A stretch of 61,031 nucleotides of DNA, the filler included, from Circinaria calcarea (Eukaryota): the NCBI GenBank assembly GCA_051942165.1. It is 8 parts of 8 records of this genome, joined end to end, with 100 filler letters (N's around TTAATTAATTAA, not from the genome) between each part and the next. Parts side by side here need not be neighbours in the genome. Positions count along the whole stretch, not along the records: positions 22,968 to 30,509 come from JAVECS010001301.1; positions 30,610 to 38,145 come from JAVECS010001302.1; 6 more parts are not named here. One strand, 5' to 3'. Below, in pieces: positions 23,906 to 36,455 of the stretch. Position 1 is the first letter of the stretch. The number at the start of each line of letters is the position of its first letter. The notes under the pieces were generated by a model, which did no database searches, was not told the origin of the DNA, and was given only the letters and a program-made list of their open reading frames with translations. A program made the position numbers and the translations under genes.

Positions 23906-25732
23906 TCACCACATCAAACCCCTCCACGCAAACCCCCCATCCACATTCCGCCAACCCCCCTGCACCACCGCCCTCTCCCATCCCATCATCACAGCCAGCA
24001 ACCGACAGCCCGTACTGCTAACCCCACAGACGATCCGATCCGCGCGGCCCACAACCGCCAAGTCGAGAAGATACGCCCTCCCAACTAACGCCCGCAGTTG
24101 CAGTGCGAGTTCCGATGGCAGCCGTCTTTCTTCTCGCTCCAGCTGCTCGGCACGGAGGCGCAAGGACCGCCCCGTCGTGGAGGCGGTTCGGTCACCGAGG
24201 CCCCAGAAGACGTCTTTAAAGAAGCCGCCTTCCCAACCGAAGCTATCGTCGACGAACTTGCTCTGAGCCTTCTGCCGTGGTTCCTTTGCTGCATCGAGTG
24301 TCGATTTGCTGGCAAGGAGAATGCGCTCTTGGGCGTGAAATGCCGATGAAAAGTCAGAAGAAGCATAGACATCCGGGTCATCGGACGCCAGAACTATCCC
24401 AGACACGCTGTCATTTGTATTGTTTGCAGAGCCAATCTGAGCTGTAAAGGCATCGCTGATGAGAGCTTTGGCGGCATCCATGTAATTTTCTAGAGGAATG
24501 TATGAATTCTGATATTGATACTCCCACGGGTGTCGATCACCATGACGCACATGCACCCCGACCACGAGTCCACCTTTATCGCGAATCTGTGAGTCCAGAT
24601 CGCGCGTACGCGTTTCAGCATATTGACCATCCGAGTTCTCGAGATGAAACAGTGCCTCATAGCCTGTTCGAAGGAGGGCAAATATAGGTCCTTGCCGGAA
24701 GACGCCGACTTTGCGAGTATCCTCGAATTTTTCATTAAATAAGCGTCCGAATGTCCAGGGTACCGTCGATGCTGAAACGACAAGGTGACGTGCATGATGC
24801 GGGCAGGGTAGTCGATGGTGATCTGGCGGTTGGAGGCAAGCGGGTGAAGGCGGGGGGCGGAAGAACGTAGAATAATTTCCATAGGCCCAATGTCTATCGT
24901 CAACGAAGAACGCTCGACCTTCTTTCTGGGCCAAACCGTACGAAAGCCAAAGACCCATGACTGTCTTTCCAAAACCCGCGTTGGTCGTCTCCATTACATA
25001 AGTGAGACTTCGTTCACAGACGGTCCGTTCTTGTTGAGCTGTCTTTGGGTCAGATTGTCCACTCATCGCACTCTTGTTGATATCTGCTGTGGTCTCCCCG
25101 TTCTTGATGTTTTCCACATGCTTGCTACCGGGAAGCAGTCCATCTTCTTCGGCTTCCGCCACATCCATGAAGCTATGATCGACACGATAGTAGTTGACGT
25201 GTCCACGATGAACGGATAGAGCAGAGTGGGTCTTTAACTCTGCAAGATGTCTTGAGATTCTCTCTGATTCGGAGCAGATACTGGAGTAGGTACTAGGTCT
25301 GAGGGGAAACTGGTGCGAAGGTGGTATTGATACTGTCCATTTGCTTTTCCCATGCCTATCGACGACAACGACCGGAGTTGCTTCTTGTGGTAACGTATCG
25401 CCCCCAATAAGCTCATAGGCTGCTCCATCGTGAGAAACGTGGGTGAAGTCAGCGCGGGATCTGGCAGCAGATATGACCGTCAACACGACCCAGATGAACA
25501 GTCCGCCTCCAACCAGCCAAAGCGACAGCCTCAGCAGCAGACGTATTATGGGTCTAAAACGGATAGACGGTGGCTTCTTTCCGTGGCGAGGCAGTATAGA
25601 TGGCAACGACGGCGAGGGTAAAGGGGACTCTAGCAATCCCTTGTAGCTATATCTTGAGAATGAGTCGGAGGCATCGGAAGACACGGACGATATCGACAAA
25701 GGACGACGTCGGTTTGAACGTTGCGGAATCAT
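23906..25732 (-). CDS. Type II membrane protein, putative GT-B glycosyltransferase of the alpha-2/alpha-6/O-fucosyltransferase superfamily (608 aa)
   Basis: Single N-terminal TM segment (LLLRLSLWLVGGGLFIWVVLTVISA). Motifs AGFG, VGVHVRHGD, IVLASDDP and LLDLAVVGRADRIVCGVSS. Confidence 0.75.
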   Translation of the reverse strand: MIPQRSNRRRPLSISSVSSDASDSFSRYSYKGLLESPLPSPSLPSILPRHGKKPPSIRFRPIIRLLLRLSLWLVGGGLFIWVVLTVISAARSRADFTHVSHDGAAYELIGGDTLPQEATPVVVVDRHGKSKWTVSIPPSHQFPLRPSTYSSICSESERISRHLAELKTHSALSVHRGHVNYYRVDHSFMDVAEAEEDGLLPGSKHVENIKNGETTADINKSAMSGQSDPKTAQQERTVCERSLTYVMETTNAGFGKTVMGLWLSYGLAQKEGRAFFVDDRHWAYGNYSTFFRPPPSPACLQPPDHHRLPCPHHARHLVVSASTVPWTFGRLFNEKFEDTRKVGVFRQGPIFALLRTGYEALFHLENSDGQYAETRTRDLDSQIRDKGGLVVGVHVRHGDRHPWEYQYQNSYIPLENYMDAAKALISDAFTAQIGSANNTNDSVSGIVLASDDPDVYASSDFSSAFHAQERILLASKSTLDAAKEPRQKAQSKFVDDSFGWEGGFFKDVFWGLGDRTASTTGRSLRLRAEQLEREERRLPSELALQLRALVGRAYLLDLAVVGRADRIVCGVSSTGCRLLAVMMGWERAVVQGGWRNVDGGFAWRGLMW

Positions 25733-27640
25733 CTGGGCCGGGTTGAGGACGATATCACACTATCGACTGCCGGACATTCAGGGGCCGATGACACTAGCCG
25801 AGGGAGGGTTCGACAAGCCTTTGCGATTTGCAACAGTCAATCGTAAGCGTGACGGGAATAGGGACCATTAGCGTAGTTGGCTGAGATGTGATCAGTATAG
25901 ATAAGTGACGTACGGGAAGGGCGTTCAACAGGATTTCCAATGTGGGTCAAGGGCTACGAGGAAGTAGAAGATTCGGACAAGAAAGGATCTGCCTGCTGAG
26001 CGCGTCAAGGCAGGAATATTCGTAGGCCAAAAAAGGTTCAATAGCAGTTGAGGGCAGATGGCGGTCTGTAGATATCAAATTGAAAGGAAGGGAAGATCCG
26101 TTTTGTCCGCCGGGAACGAAACGGTCAGGGTCTCAAATGATAGTAATGGATACCATCCTAAGACAAGATGATGGTTTGCAGCTTTCAAAGCGCAGGACCG
26201 ATGAAGATGACCAGCTCTGGTAGAAGACGAAGGAGAAAAGAAGGATCGAAGGGAAATAGGGAAAGCCGGAGACAGACTATGCTTCCAAACCGCTAAACTG
26301 CCGACACGATGAAAGAAAGTCTCGGGCCTCGGATGATCCATCCCCTTCCCCATGGGCTGCTGATGACTCGATACCAAGACCCAGAAATGATCACCTCCTT
26401 ATCCCTTCCTTTCTCCACATGCAATTGATGAGGTATGACGCTCGACCAATCGCTGCACGATCCCCCAACCTGAAACCAGATGTGCGTGTCAAACCAAATA
26501 CCAAAGCCCTGACGTGGCGGCCTAAATGAGAGTGGCCTAGACGACAGCCACTAGGACCCTTGGCCGTGCATGATGAACCTTACCCTCCCAAGCGCCAGCC
26601 GAGTCCCCCCGTTCATTCGTCAATTCATCACATCATCCATCAGTTCTTCGTTCAGGCCGCCATGATCTTACGAGGCATCCACGATTAATTGCAGGCAAGC
26701 GGTGCTGGTGTATGCTGTGTGACATGCACCAGCCTGGTAAACCTTCAGCAATCTAGATCCCGATCTACACGGTGTGGGGGGAACCGAGGCTGGTCTGCGA
26801 CGACCTCATTCCCTCTCCCCTCGTACACCCGCCATGCCCCATCTCGCATCGGCCTGGGCAACTTCTCTACAGCATGGTCACTTGGGGGAAATAACGCCGA
26901 CGCGAAAGCTCGCCCATCTCATTGCACGCCCGTCAGGCAAAGCTGCAGCAGAGGCCAGAAGCCATCGTTCCTCGCCCTCACTCCGAGACTATCGTACAAC
27001 AGACTTGCCCCATGCAAAACAACCCTTTTTTGCCCTCGGCCAGTCCCAGGCACTCAATTCGCACCAGCAGAACGTGGACAGCACATACACAGGCCGGACA
27101 GTGGCACATGACGGACACTCGTCCATATCCGCATCAGACGACCAGGCCTGACCCCCTTTCGTTGCCCTTCCCCTTCTTTTTCTTCGTTGCAATCAAAAAG
27201 TGTTCTCGTTAAATTTCCCACGTTTCAACCAACCGGCTTCTTGCTTGCCGCCGGTTGGAGAAGCCCAAGCTTGCGTGTACGGGGCTTCTTTGTATTCCCG
27301 TTCCCCCTTTTTACTCCGATTACTCAAATGCGGAATGGATCATGCAGAGAGATTTGTCGGGCGTGCCCGTCAGAGTTAGATGAAAGCTTTCGGGCACACC
27401 AGATTCCCCCTTGCAAAGTCCCATATGTCACTCCGTGCAGAACATGATCAAGAAATGAAAACGGTATCGTAACGAAAACAACGCAGAGAGAGAGAGAGAG
27501 AGAGATGATACACGGAGCATAAAAAGAAAGCATGGCCTCTGTTGTACAAGTAGATGACGAATGACAAATTCGCAAAAGACGATCCTTGGAAATATAGCTT
27601 TTAGTACAGATTTCGTCCTTCTGCCGTGTCGTTTGCTCCA

Positions 27641-29761
27641 TCAGCGATGGCCGCCTGAAGCACCGAGTTGCCCCCTCAGCCCCGTAACCTCCTCTTGTAA
27701 ACGATCTACCTTTGCTTCCAAGCTCCTCACGTAAGCCCATAGCCTATCCTCGCCTTGTAGATACGGTAGGTTGCTCCTCTCTCCACTTCCATGGGCCTGC
27801 GTGCCGTGACTAGAATGGCTGTTACTATGAGAAGAAAGACCCCCTGCCTGGGAATGGTAGCTGGATGGTGTTACAGCGCCCGAAGGTTGGGGTGGCCCGG
27901 CATGGCTGCCCTGACTGGTGGGTGGTCCATGTGAGGCACCCGCCGTTTGACTATGGAGCGTATAGCGTGGCTCTGGCGGAGTGAGACCGGGAAGGGACGG
28001 TAGCTGCGGGGCATTTGAATGAGCGGATGTTATTGGAGGGGGAAGGCCCATCGGCGGAGGGGTGGCGCGGCCCTGTGTTCTCCGACCGTATTGTTGCTGC
28101 TGAAATTGCTGTGTTAGACTTGGTGACCGATTGCGGCGGATATGTGAGTCTGGATGGCCATGCTGATGAGGGGTTAACCCGGCCGGTGAGAGTGGTTTAG
28201 GACTTTCGGTCATGCTCCCCTGCGCAAAAGAACTCGTGGCACTAATCTGGTAGGACGACGATCCGCTGGCACCGGGTGAGTATTGCAATGCAACGCCTTG
28301 GCCACCGGGAGATGTCGATGTAGTCGAGCCAGCTCCGTGACTTACGTTCGGCGGATACAAACTGCCGCTCATCGTTGACTGGCGTACAGCTACCGGGGGA
28401 TAGGTATTTGGTTGCCGGGCTTGGAGAGGACCTTGGCTTTCGTGCATCTGTCGAGAACGTGCATCTGGAGAAGCGTCATATCTCCGAATGCTCGGTAAAC
28501 TTTTTCTCCTCTCATCTGCATCCTCTGCATCATCCTCTATATTCTCAGGCTCATGTGAAGCCTCGCCGGTGTACATTAGCCCATCCATATTCTCGTCCGC
28601 ACCGTGGCCGCCTTGTGAACCCCCTTCATAATTGCCATCTCCTCCATAACTACCTACACTAGATCTCCGACCAGCGCACCCGCCATGTCCCTTGTTGTGC
28701 CTTGCCAGTGCATCCCCACGTGCGAAACTCCGCTTACATTTGGGGCAGATATGTGGCCGTTCGCCGGTATGTAGCTTCGTATGCCGCTTCAAATCGTGCA
28801 GACGTCGGAATCGTGAATCACAGGTTTGACACAAATAAGGCTTCTCGTGACTATGGGTGAGTAGATGACTTTTTAGATTGTGGTGCCGCGTAAAATCCGT
28901 CGCGCAGTAGGGACATTTGTGCTTTTTGGAAGAAGAAGAAGACGGTGATCTGGACTCGTCGCGCGAGAATCCAGAGTGTGGTAGGCTCATTCCACGCCTC
29001 GCATCCGCTACTTGAGCGCTCAATAACGGCCCAGGAAAACTCAAAGCCTTGTTGGAATGGCTTTCATCTTTGTCAGCCCTCAGAAAACCATTCTTTGGTT
29101 GCTCGCTCTCAGCCTGTACGCTAGGCTCCTCCCCGATTTGCCCAGGACTGGCGACGTGCTGGCCGTTGCTAGTTATAGTTCCGGCCGCGGTGCTATCCAA
29201 AGTCGAGCTGGACATGCTGACAGGGCTGGTTTGCAGACTACCTTCACCTGGAGCCACCTCCGGAATCGAGATTGTTGGAGCTATGGCTGCAACGGCGGTG
29301 CTCAAAATGCTCGCCGGATTCGGCGCATCTTGGGGCCTGCTCATGCTAGTACCTTGCAATCCAAGGAGCGCGCTCAGTACCCTTCTTTGAGGGTTAGGAC
29401 TGCTCTGCGTTGACTTTTGCCTGTCCTCAGCCTCCCTCCGCCGTCGTTGGTCTGCTAGTGCGGCTGCAGCTGTGAGTAGCCTCGGCGATGTCTGCGGAGA
29501 AAGGCCCGATTTAGGTGTTGTCGGAGCGGGAGATTTGGTGAATATGCTTCCAGCGACGGAGGAAGAAGAGACGGACGGAGATTCAGGAGAACGCCGGCGT
29601 TTACGAGGGCTTATCGGTTTTAGAAACACACCTGCCTTATCGACGCTTGGATTGTTATTTGCAGGTGGGATTGATGTGGGGGTAGTCGGGAAAGTGGAGG
29701 AGGCCACTGAAACGCCCTGCGGTGTCGTCGGATTCGCTGGAAGTGCGGTTGACTCTGCCAT
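27641..29761 (-). CDS. C2H2 zinc-finger transcription factor, 3 fingers (706 aa)
   Basis: HKCPYC..FTRHHNLKSHLLTH-SHEKP-YLCQTC..HTKLH-TGERP-HICPKC..LARH, plus a C-terminal short coiled coil (LWAYVRSLEAKVDRLQEEV). Confidence 0.93.
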   Translation of the reverse strand: MAESTALPANPTTPQGVSVASSTFPTTPTSIPPANNNPSVDKAGVFLKPISPRKRRRSPESPSVSSSSVAGSIFTKSPAPTTPKSGLSPQTSPRLLTAAAALADQRRRREAEDRQKSTQSSPNPQRRVLSALLGLQGTSMSRPQDAPNPASILSTAVAAIAPTISIPEVAPGEGSLQTSPVSMSSSTLDSTAAGTITSNGQHVASPGQIGEEPSVQAESEQPKNGFLRADKDESHSNKALSFPGPLLSAQVADARRGMSLPHSGFSRDESRSPSSSSSKKHKCPYCATDFTRHHNLKSHLLTHSHEKPYLCQTCDSRFRRLHDLKRHTKLHTGERPHICPKCKRSFARGDALARHNKGHGGCAGRRSSVGSYGGDGNYEGGSQGGHGADENMDGLMYTGEASHEPENIEDDAEDADERRKSLPSIRRYDASPDARSRQMHESQGPLQARQPNTYPPVAVRQSTMSGSLYPPNVSHGAGSTTSTSPGGQGVALQYSPGASGSSSYQISATSSFAQGSMTESPKPLSPAGLTPHQHGHPDSHIRRNRSPSLTQQFQQQQYGRRTQGRATPPPMGLPPPITSAHSNAPQLPSLPGLTPPEPRYTLHSQTAGASHGPPTSQGSHAGPPQPSGAVTPSSYHSQAGGLSSHSNSHSSHGTQAHGSGERSNLPYLQGEDRLWAYVRSLEAKVDRLQEEVTGLRGQLGASGGHR

Positions 29762-30509
29762 GTAGAGGAAGTGGCGGTTTGTAGAAGAGCTTTAGCCAGA
29801 AACCGATAGGTGCGTCACTGCAAACAAACTGAATAAGAATAATACCTGTAGGAGACCCACATCAGCTTCTACTCAAGTAGAGGCACTCGAGTAAGCCAGC
29901 AATGTTAATTAACTATTGTGGTCTCAAGTCGGCAAGACAACAGCAACGTCGGGCCACCGGGCTTGCCAGTCTTCAGCTCAATCCTCTGGTGTGTTGACCG
30001 TGACGAGAGCAGTAAAGGCGCATCTGGTTGTCGCCGAAGGTCCAATTTTTGGGCATAGCTATATGTGGCTGACCCGCCAGCGCAAAATTGGTTTATCATT
30101 TGCATTGTTCGAACTTACTTCGATTTCTGATGTCCAATATGCGCTTCCCTCGTCTCCTTTGTCCGACCACGCAGAAAATAGGAGGACGTTGATCGAGTCG
30201 CCCGGACCAACGTATCATTCCCTGAAGAACTCCACAAAGTTGTACGGCGGAGAGTCATCTCCTGGTGGCCAGTTGCGGATTGGAGTGAAGCGCCAACTGT
30301 CGACCGAGCGTGTACTGGTCTTCGCAATGCCCTCAAAAGCCTCTCGCACTCTCTCTCCCCCCTTCAGCAGGCGGGCATGTTAAGGTTAGGCGTGGCCGAA
30401 AGTTGTTGCTGGGGATTGCGATTCGCTTCTGTTTCGAGAAGGGAAGGTGTGACGCAGCCTGATTTGCGGCGTCGAGAGGCTGATGCCGAAATGTCAGCTT
30501 CGCCAATGA

Positions 30510-30609
30510 NNNNNNNNNNNNNNNNNNNNNNNNNNNNNNNNNNNNNNNNNNNNTTAATTAATTAANNNNNNNNNNNNNNNNNNNNNNNNNNNNNNNNNNN
30601 NNNNNNNNN
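30510..30609. other. Artificial contig linker
   Basis: N44-TTAATTAATTAA-N44. Confidence 0.99.
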
Positions 30610-30703
30610 TTAGACACCACCTTCCGGACAGCAGCTTATGTGCAGCAAAGCAAAGCCAAATCGACATCACTTACTTCCCCAAACCGTAACCAGATTTCTC
30701 TAC

Positions 30704-33184
30704 TCATTGAAAAGCCGCGCTGGGAAAAGTTTTGCGCTCCTGGATATTAACTGCAAACTCCATTATTCCTTCTTCAGTCCCAACGTATCTATCGCCAATG
30801 CGTCAGCCAGCCGTTTATCACACCATAAGTGTAGCGAAAACATCAACTCACAGAAACCTCCCATCTCCACTCCACCCGATGCCCATCGTCCCCACCCCGG
30901 CATCCTCTCTCTGTCTACTCTCTCTCTCCCCAACCCGTCTCAGCATCTCCAACTCGTAATCATCATAGGCGCCCTCGCCAGTCCTCCGCAACCTTTCTGC
31001 TCTGAGACGCTCCGTACGTGCCGCTTGCGCCTGATGGGTCATTCTGCGCTCGAAATTTGTTGGTTCCGTGGCTGTAGTTGTTGTCGGCGTTGCGGATTCA
31101 CGTTCGCGGCGATTTCGAGCCGCTGTCTCGAGAGCGGAAGTACTAGTCATGGCGGCGGAGATGGTTTGCCAAGGGTCGGTGGAGGAGGTTTGGCGGGGAA
31201 GGTTGGTCGGAGGGGCTGTAGTTGTAGAGGGTGCTGTAGTGATTGTAGATGCGAGACGAGACGGCGAAGCAGATAGGGTGGATGTATTAGTGCCGATAGG
31301 AGCTAGAGAAGAGGGGTGGAATAAGAAAGAGGGGTTGGAAGTGTTACTATTTGAAATAACAACAGAGCTACGTCGACGAGGCTGATAGGAGCGGTCTGTA
31401 GGGCGAGTACGGTCAAGGTAACGCTCCCGCATGTACTGGTGAATATTTGTATTGCGTGTTTGGATTGTGGACGATAGAGTGGCTGTGAAAGAGTCTGCTC
31501 CAGGCGGTTGACTAGCAGGACTGGTATCAGAGGACTGAACATAATGAACGCTAAATGGATGTTGCGAAGGTTCTCGCCGTTCTTGTTCCAGGTCATGCTC
31601 TCGCTGCCGTTCCGCGCGGAGTGACTCGAGGATTTCCCGCTCATCGTCGGTGATAGCGTGCGGTGATAGGTCATGTATAGAGAATCGCTGTCCCGCATCT
31701 CGGAGCTCGCGTCGCAACCTACGACGCTCTGCAGCAATCTCCATATAATCTGCAGCATGATTGACAGCCGCTAGATGATCTTGAGCGTCCAAAGCCTCGC
31801 GATGCCGTTGGACAAATCGGGCCTCAATTTCGAGCTCCCGCTGCTCGACGACACTGGTGCTCTCGTCATAGTCCGAAATATTAGCTGTTACCATGTCAAT
31901 AGAGTGGACATCAAGATCTATTGTTTGCCGTGATCGGAAAGCGTTGCGTAAATCTGTCACACAGACCCTACCACGATCTTCAGCCCAGGCAAAAAGATCC
32001 CATGGCTCAGGAGAAAAGCTCATTGAGCGCACAGCACCACTTGACTCGTCGCTACTTAAACAGGGCCGCGATGACCTGAGTACGTCGATCACAGCCTCAT
32101 CGGTTTCCATATCATCTCGTATCAGGCGAGTGTCAAAAATTGTGATTGTCCCAACTTGAGATGCGACAGCACATATATGACCAGAGGGAGAGAAGGCCGT
32201 CGAGAAGCACATGTCCCAAGGTACGGCCAAGCTTAACCTTGGCTCCGCAATCTCATGCCACTCGTACCTTGCGAACACCGACTCGTCATTGACTGCAAGG
32301 CTAGCCAGGCTCTTCCTTTTACAGAAAAATGCGCGAGGCTCATCTCCAGCAGCGACAAGTAACTCACCATTTGGAGAAATTGTGGCATGGTTCATGGCCG
32401 TAGGAAAATCCAGCGTCTGGAGAAGACGTAACTGCGACAACGAAAAGATTCTCACCGTGGCGTCATTGTTCCTGAGTTGGTCAGCCATCAGGATAGGTCG
32501 CGGCCTGTAGGATCTCACGTTAAAACGGCCACTAATTCGTCCTTAAGCCCGTCCTTGCCGCTTCGGAATTGATGGACTGTAATCGAGTTGACAATTGATC
32601 CTCCCAATTCCTGGTAATGAACTTTCGAACGTCGCCGTGGCGACAATGTAGGCGTCCGGTGCTGGTGGAGGAAGTCATGCATGCGAGATTCGGGATCCAG
32701 ATCTAGGGGTAACAATGTATCGACTTCAGAATACGGCGGGGCCCTTGGATTGTTCTGATTTGATCCATTTTCCTCGACCTCAATAAAGGCACAGCGTCCT
32801 TTGTCCTGGCCTCCAACACAGAGCCAACCATGTCCAGCACCCAGGCACTGAGGCTCAAAGGTAAGACTCGCTATGAGTCGCCGTCTATGAGTGGACGTAT
32901 GAAGAGAGTATATCTGGTATCTTGAAGCGAAGTAGACAATGTCGGGATCTGAAGGACTGATGAAGTTCTTAAGTTGGTGATGCCTGCATAGGTTAATTGG
33001 CTGAACTATAAAATTGCCAGCTTGCCCGCGTTGCTTACTGTTGAGGGATCTTGGAGGGAAAAAATGTCCGTGGAAAAGGCTTGATCAACAGGTCACTTTC
33101 TCGAAAGCTGCAAGCCGTTAGTGACGGTAGTCAGGATTATCTGTCGACTCAGTCTTGCACTCACGTATTTACATCAATCGTCAT
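30704..33184 (-). CDS. DUF2415-type WD40/beta-propeller protein, 5 exons
   Basis: Exons 33184-33165, 33107-33039, 32983-32519, 32471-30851 and ~30788-30704 join in frame: HHQLKNFIS..ELGGSIVNSIT..NNDATVRIF..AMNHATISPNG..CFSTAFSP..GAVRSMSFSP..WAEDRGRV..GIGWSGDGRFLYVGTEEGIMEF. Confidence 0.85.
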
Positions 33185-33621
33185 TTTGATAGGAGGGTGA
33201 TTAATTAGGAGTTCCCTCTCTATCAGAGGCTGAGGCAATAATGAGGCGAGGAGTTTCCTGCGCGACTGGGATCCCTCGGCTGCCGTACCTCGGCACTAGA
33301 GCCTAATCATCCGGTGATGCCCATGGGTGAAGGCGTATTTACCAGAACAGTGACGTAAACTTCAACACAGTTCCACCATTAATGACACCGACATCACACA
33401 CCACAGACCACGCTACGGAGACATGGATGGCCCGGACAGATATTCTGTAATCTTCTATCCGCTCGACATAAATTTCTACTATACCTCGCCAACTCCCATT
33501 CACGACCCGTCGTCCTGCATCGTACTCATCCTCGATCACCTCTATCCACTACGCCGCCCGGAGACATTCTGGACTAGGATCATCAACCCATATTCCCACT
33601 ACTATCACCTCAACTTCCGCC

Positions 33622-35827
33622 ATGTTGTCATCTGCGAAAGTCCTCCGATCTGTAAAGCTTCCTCTCCTGACATTCGACTTTGCCTTCAGCTAACTTTTGT
33701 ACAATGTAGTTGTCATGGACAACACCTGCCTTTTCAAAGCACACTACCCGACTGCCTTTGGCTTGGGGTCAGAGGAGATTACTGTCTGGATCTAACGAAG
33801 AGAAGGTGAAAGGTCAAGTCATCGGCATTGATCTGGGTAAGGGCCTCTTGGGAAGTCGCGGCTTTTGTATTCGGTTACTGACCATTGTCACAGGTACCAC
33901 AAACTCTGCCGTGGCAGTGATGGAAGGCAAGACGCCACGGATAATAGAGAATGCAGAAGGTGAGCGCTCCGTTGTATCCGTCGCGCCTTGATGCTGCCGC
34001 TAAGAATATGTTACAGGGACGCGAACAACGCCGTCAGTAGTCGCCTTTACACAGGATGGTGAACGTTTAGTTGGTATATCTGCCAAACGGCAAGCTGTTG
34101 TGAACCCCGAAAATACCCTGTTCGCCACAAAGCGCCTTATCGGACGAAAATTCAATGATGCCGAATGCCAACGTGATGTCAAAGAGGTCCCTTACAAAAT
34201 TGTGCAGCATACAAATGGCGATGCTTGGGTCGAAGCCCGTGGGCAGAAGTATTCGCCTTCACAGATTGGAGGATTTGTTTTACAAAAGATGAAAGAAACT
34301 GCAGAGGCCCACCTTAGTAAGAGTATCAAGAATGCAGTTGTAACTGTTCCGGCGTATTTCAATGATTCTCAGCGGCAGGCAACCAAGGATGCTGGTCAAA
34401 TTGCAGGTCTCAACGTCCTCAGGGTCGTGAATGAACCTACGGCCGCAGCATTAGCATACGGTCTCAACAAAGAGGACGACCGTGTCATTGCAGTGTACGA
34501 TCTAGGTGGAGGTACCTTTGATATTTCCATCTTAGAGATTCAGAAAGGAGTCTTCGAGGTCAAGTCCACTAACGGAGACACTCATCTCGGTGGCGAGGAT
34601 TTCGATATCCACCTTGTTCGTAACATCGTCCAACAGTTCAAGAAGGATTCGGGTATCGACCTTTCCAAAGACCGCATGGCAATTCAGCGAATTCGTGAAG
34701 CTGCCGAGAAGGCTAAGATTGAACTTTCATCGGCTGTTCAGACCGACATTAACCTACCCTTTATTACTGCCGATGCGTCAGGTCCTAAGCACATCAACAT
34801 GAAGATGTCGCGATCACAACTTGAGGCGCTCGTCGACCCGTTGATCAGCCGGACCATCGACCCAGTAAGGAAAGCATTGAAAGATGCGAATCTTCAAGCC
34901 AAAGATATCCAGGAAGTCATCCTAGTTGGTGGTATGACTCGTATGCCAAAGGTCGCATCTTCTGTCAAGGACATTTTTGGCCGTGACCCTGCGAAGTCTG
35001 TCAACCCCGATGAAGCTGTTGCTATGGGAGCTGCCATCCAGGGTGCAGTTCTGGCCGGTGAAGTGATGGACGTACTTTTACTTGACGTTACACCGCTTTC
35101 TCTGGGTATTGAGACGTTGGGTGGGGTCTTCACTCGTCTTATCAACCGCAATACCACCATTCCAACCAAAAAATCTCAAATCTTCTCAACAGCAGCTGAT
35201 TTTCAGACGGCCGTTGAAATCAAGGTCTACCAGGGAGAGCGTGAGCTTGTTCGCGATAACAAGCTTCTCGGCAACTTCCAGCTTGTAGGAATTCCACCTG
35301 CCCACCGTGGTGTACCTCAAGTCGAGGTGACTTTCGATATCGACGCTGACTCCATCGTCCATGTTCACGCGAAAGATAAATCGACGAACAAAGATCAGTC
35401 CATCACCATCGCATCTGGTTCAGGTCTGTCAGACTCGGAAATTCAGAAGATGGTTGACGACGCTGAACGATATGGCGAGCAAGACAAGGAGCGGAAGGCT
35501 GCTATTGAAGCGGCCAACCGTGCTGATAGTGTCCTAAACGATACGGAGAAGGCATTGAAGGAATTTGCGGACAGACTCGACAAGACGGAGTCGGAACAGA
35601 TCAAGGCTAAGATCGACACCCTCCGAGAATTTGTCGCAAAGAACCAGACTGGTGAAGGTACCGCCACAGCAGCGGAGCTCAAGGAGAAGACCGATGAACT
35701 CCAGATGGCTAGTTTGAACCTGTTCGACAAGATGCACAAAGCCAGAAACGAGGACCAGCAGACACCACCAGCGGGAGAAGCACCAAAGGATGAGCCACAG
35801 GGTGGCGATAGTGAGAAGAAGCCTTGA
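33622..35827 (+). CDS. SSC1: Mitochondrial Hsp70
   Basis: Presequence exon [10 protein letters not shown], then [46 protein letters not shown] and [14 protein letters not shown]; three 5' introns; no C-terminal EEVD. Confidence 0.97.
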
Positions 35828-36455
35828 ACGGAATGATACCCCAAAAGTGCTTTGGTTCGATCTTCGTTTAGATTCTCCGCCGAATCCTTGTACTCATAGT
35901 CTCCTTTGGCTCGTATGGCGGGCACTACGGTTTACGGCTACAACTTCTCACTTGTGTCTTCCTACATGTATGGGAACTGGAAAACATTATTGCTTCGGGG
36001 ATAGCAATTCTTGTAATTACCTATGTTGCGAAATATCCCAACTTTCTCCTCTCCATGATACAGATTAGAATCACGCGGTCAAATAGATTAGCGATGATTC
36101 AGATAATAAAAGGCTTTTTAATAACTTTTCCGGCATATTCGACGGTATATGGTGATGGTGATGCCCTGCTTAGTTATCATATTAAGAATATGTAAGCTTG
36201 TATAATGCGAACCGTCTTGGTGTTGTCATCGGTCGGAGGCAGATGTCTTGAATATTGTACAAGCTTGCCGAGACTTGGGATAAAGTGACTAATCTGGTTA
36301 GATGGATATTCCGTAGTTCTCGATAGCGTTGAACAGCTTCCCTGCAGTCGTTACCACGAGCAGCAACGAATCGCAAGCTCACCTACGTACACCACCATCA
36401 ACAAGTTCTAATTCTACACGACTCCAATTCTATCATCAGTTACAAATCCTCAAAT

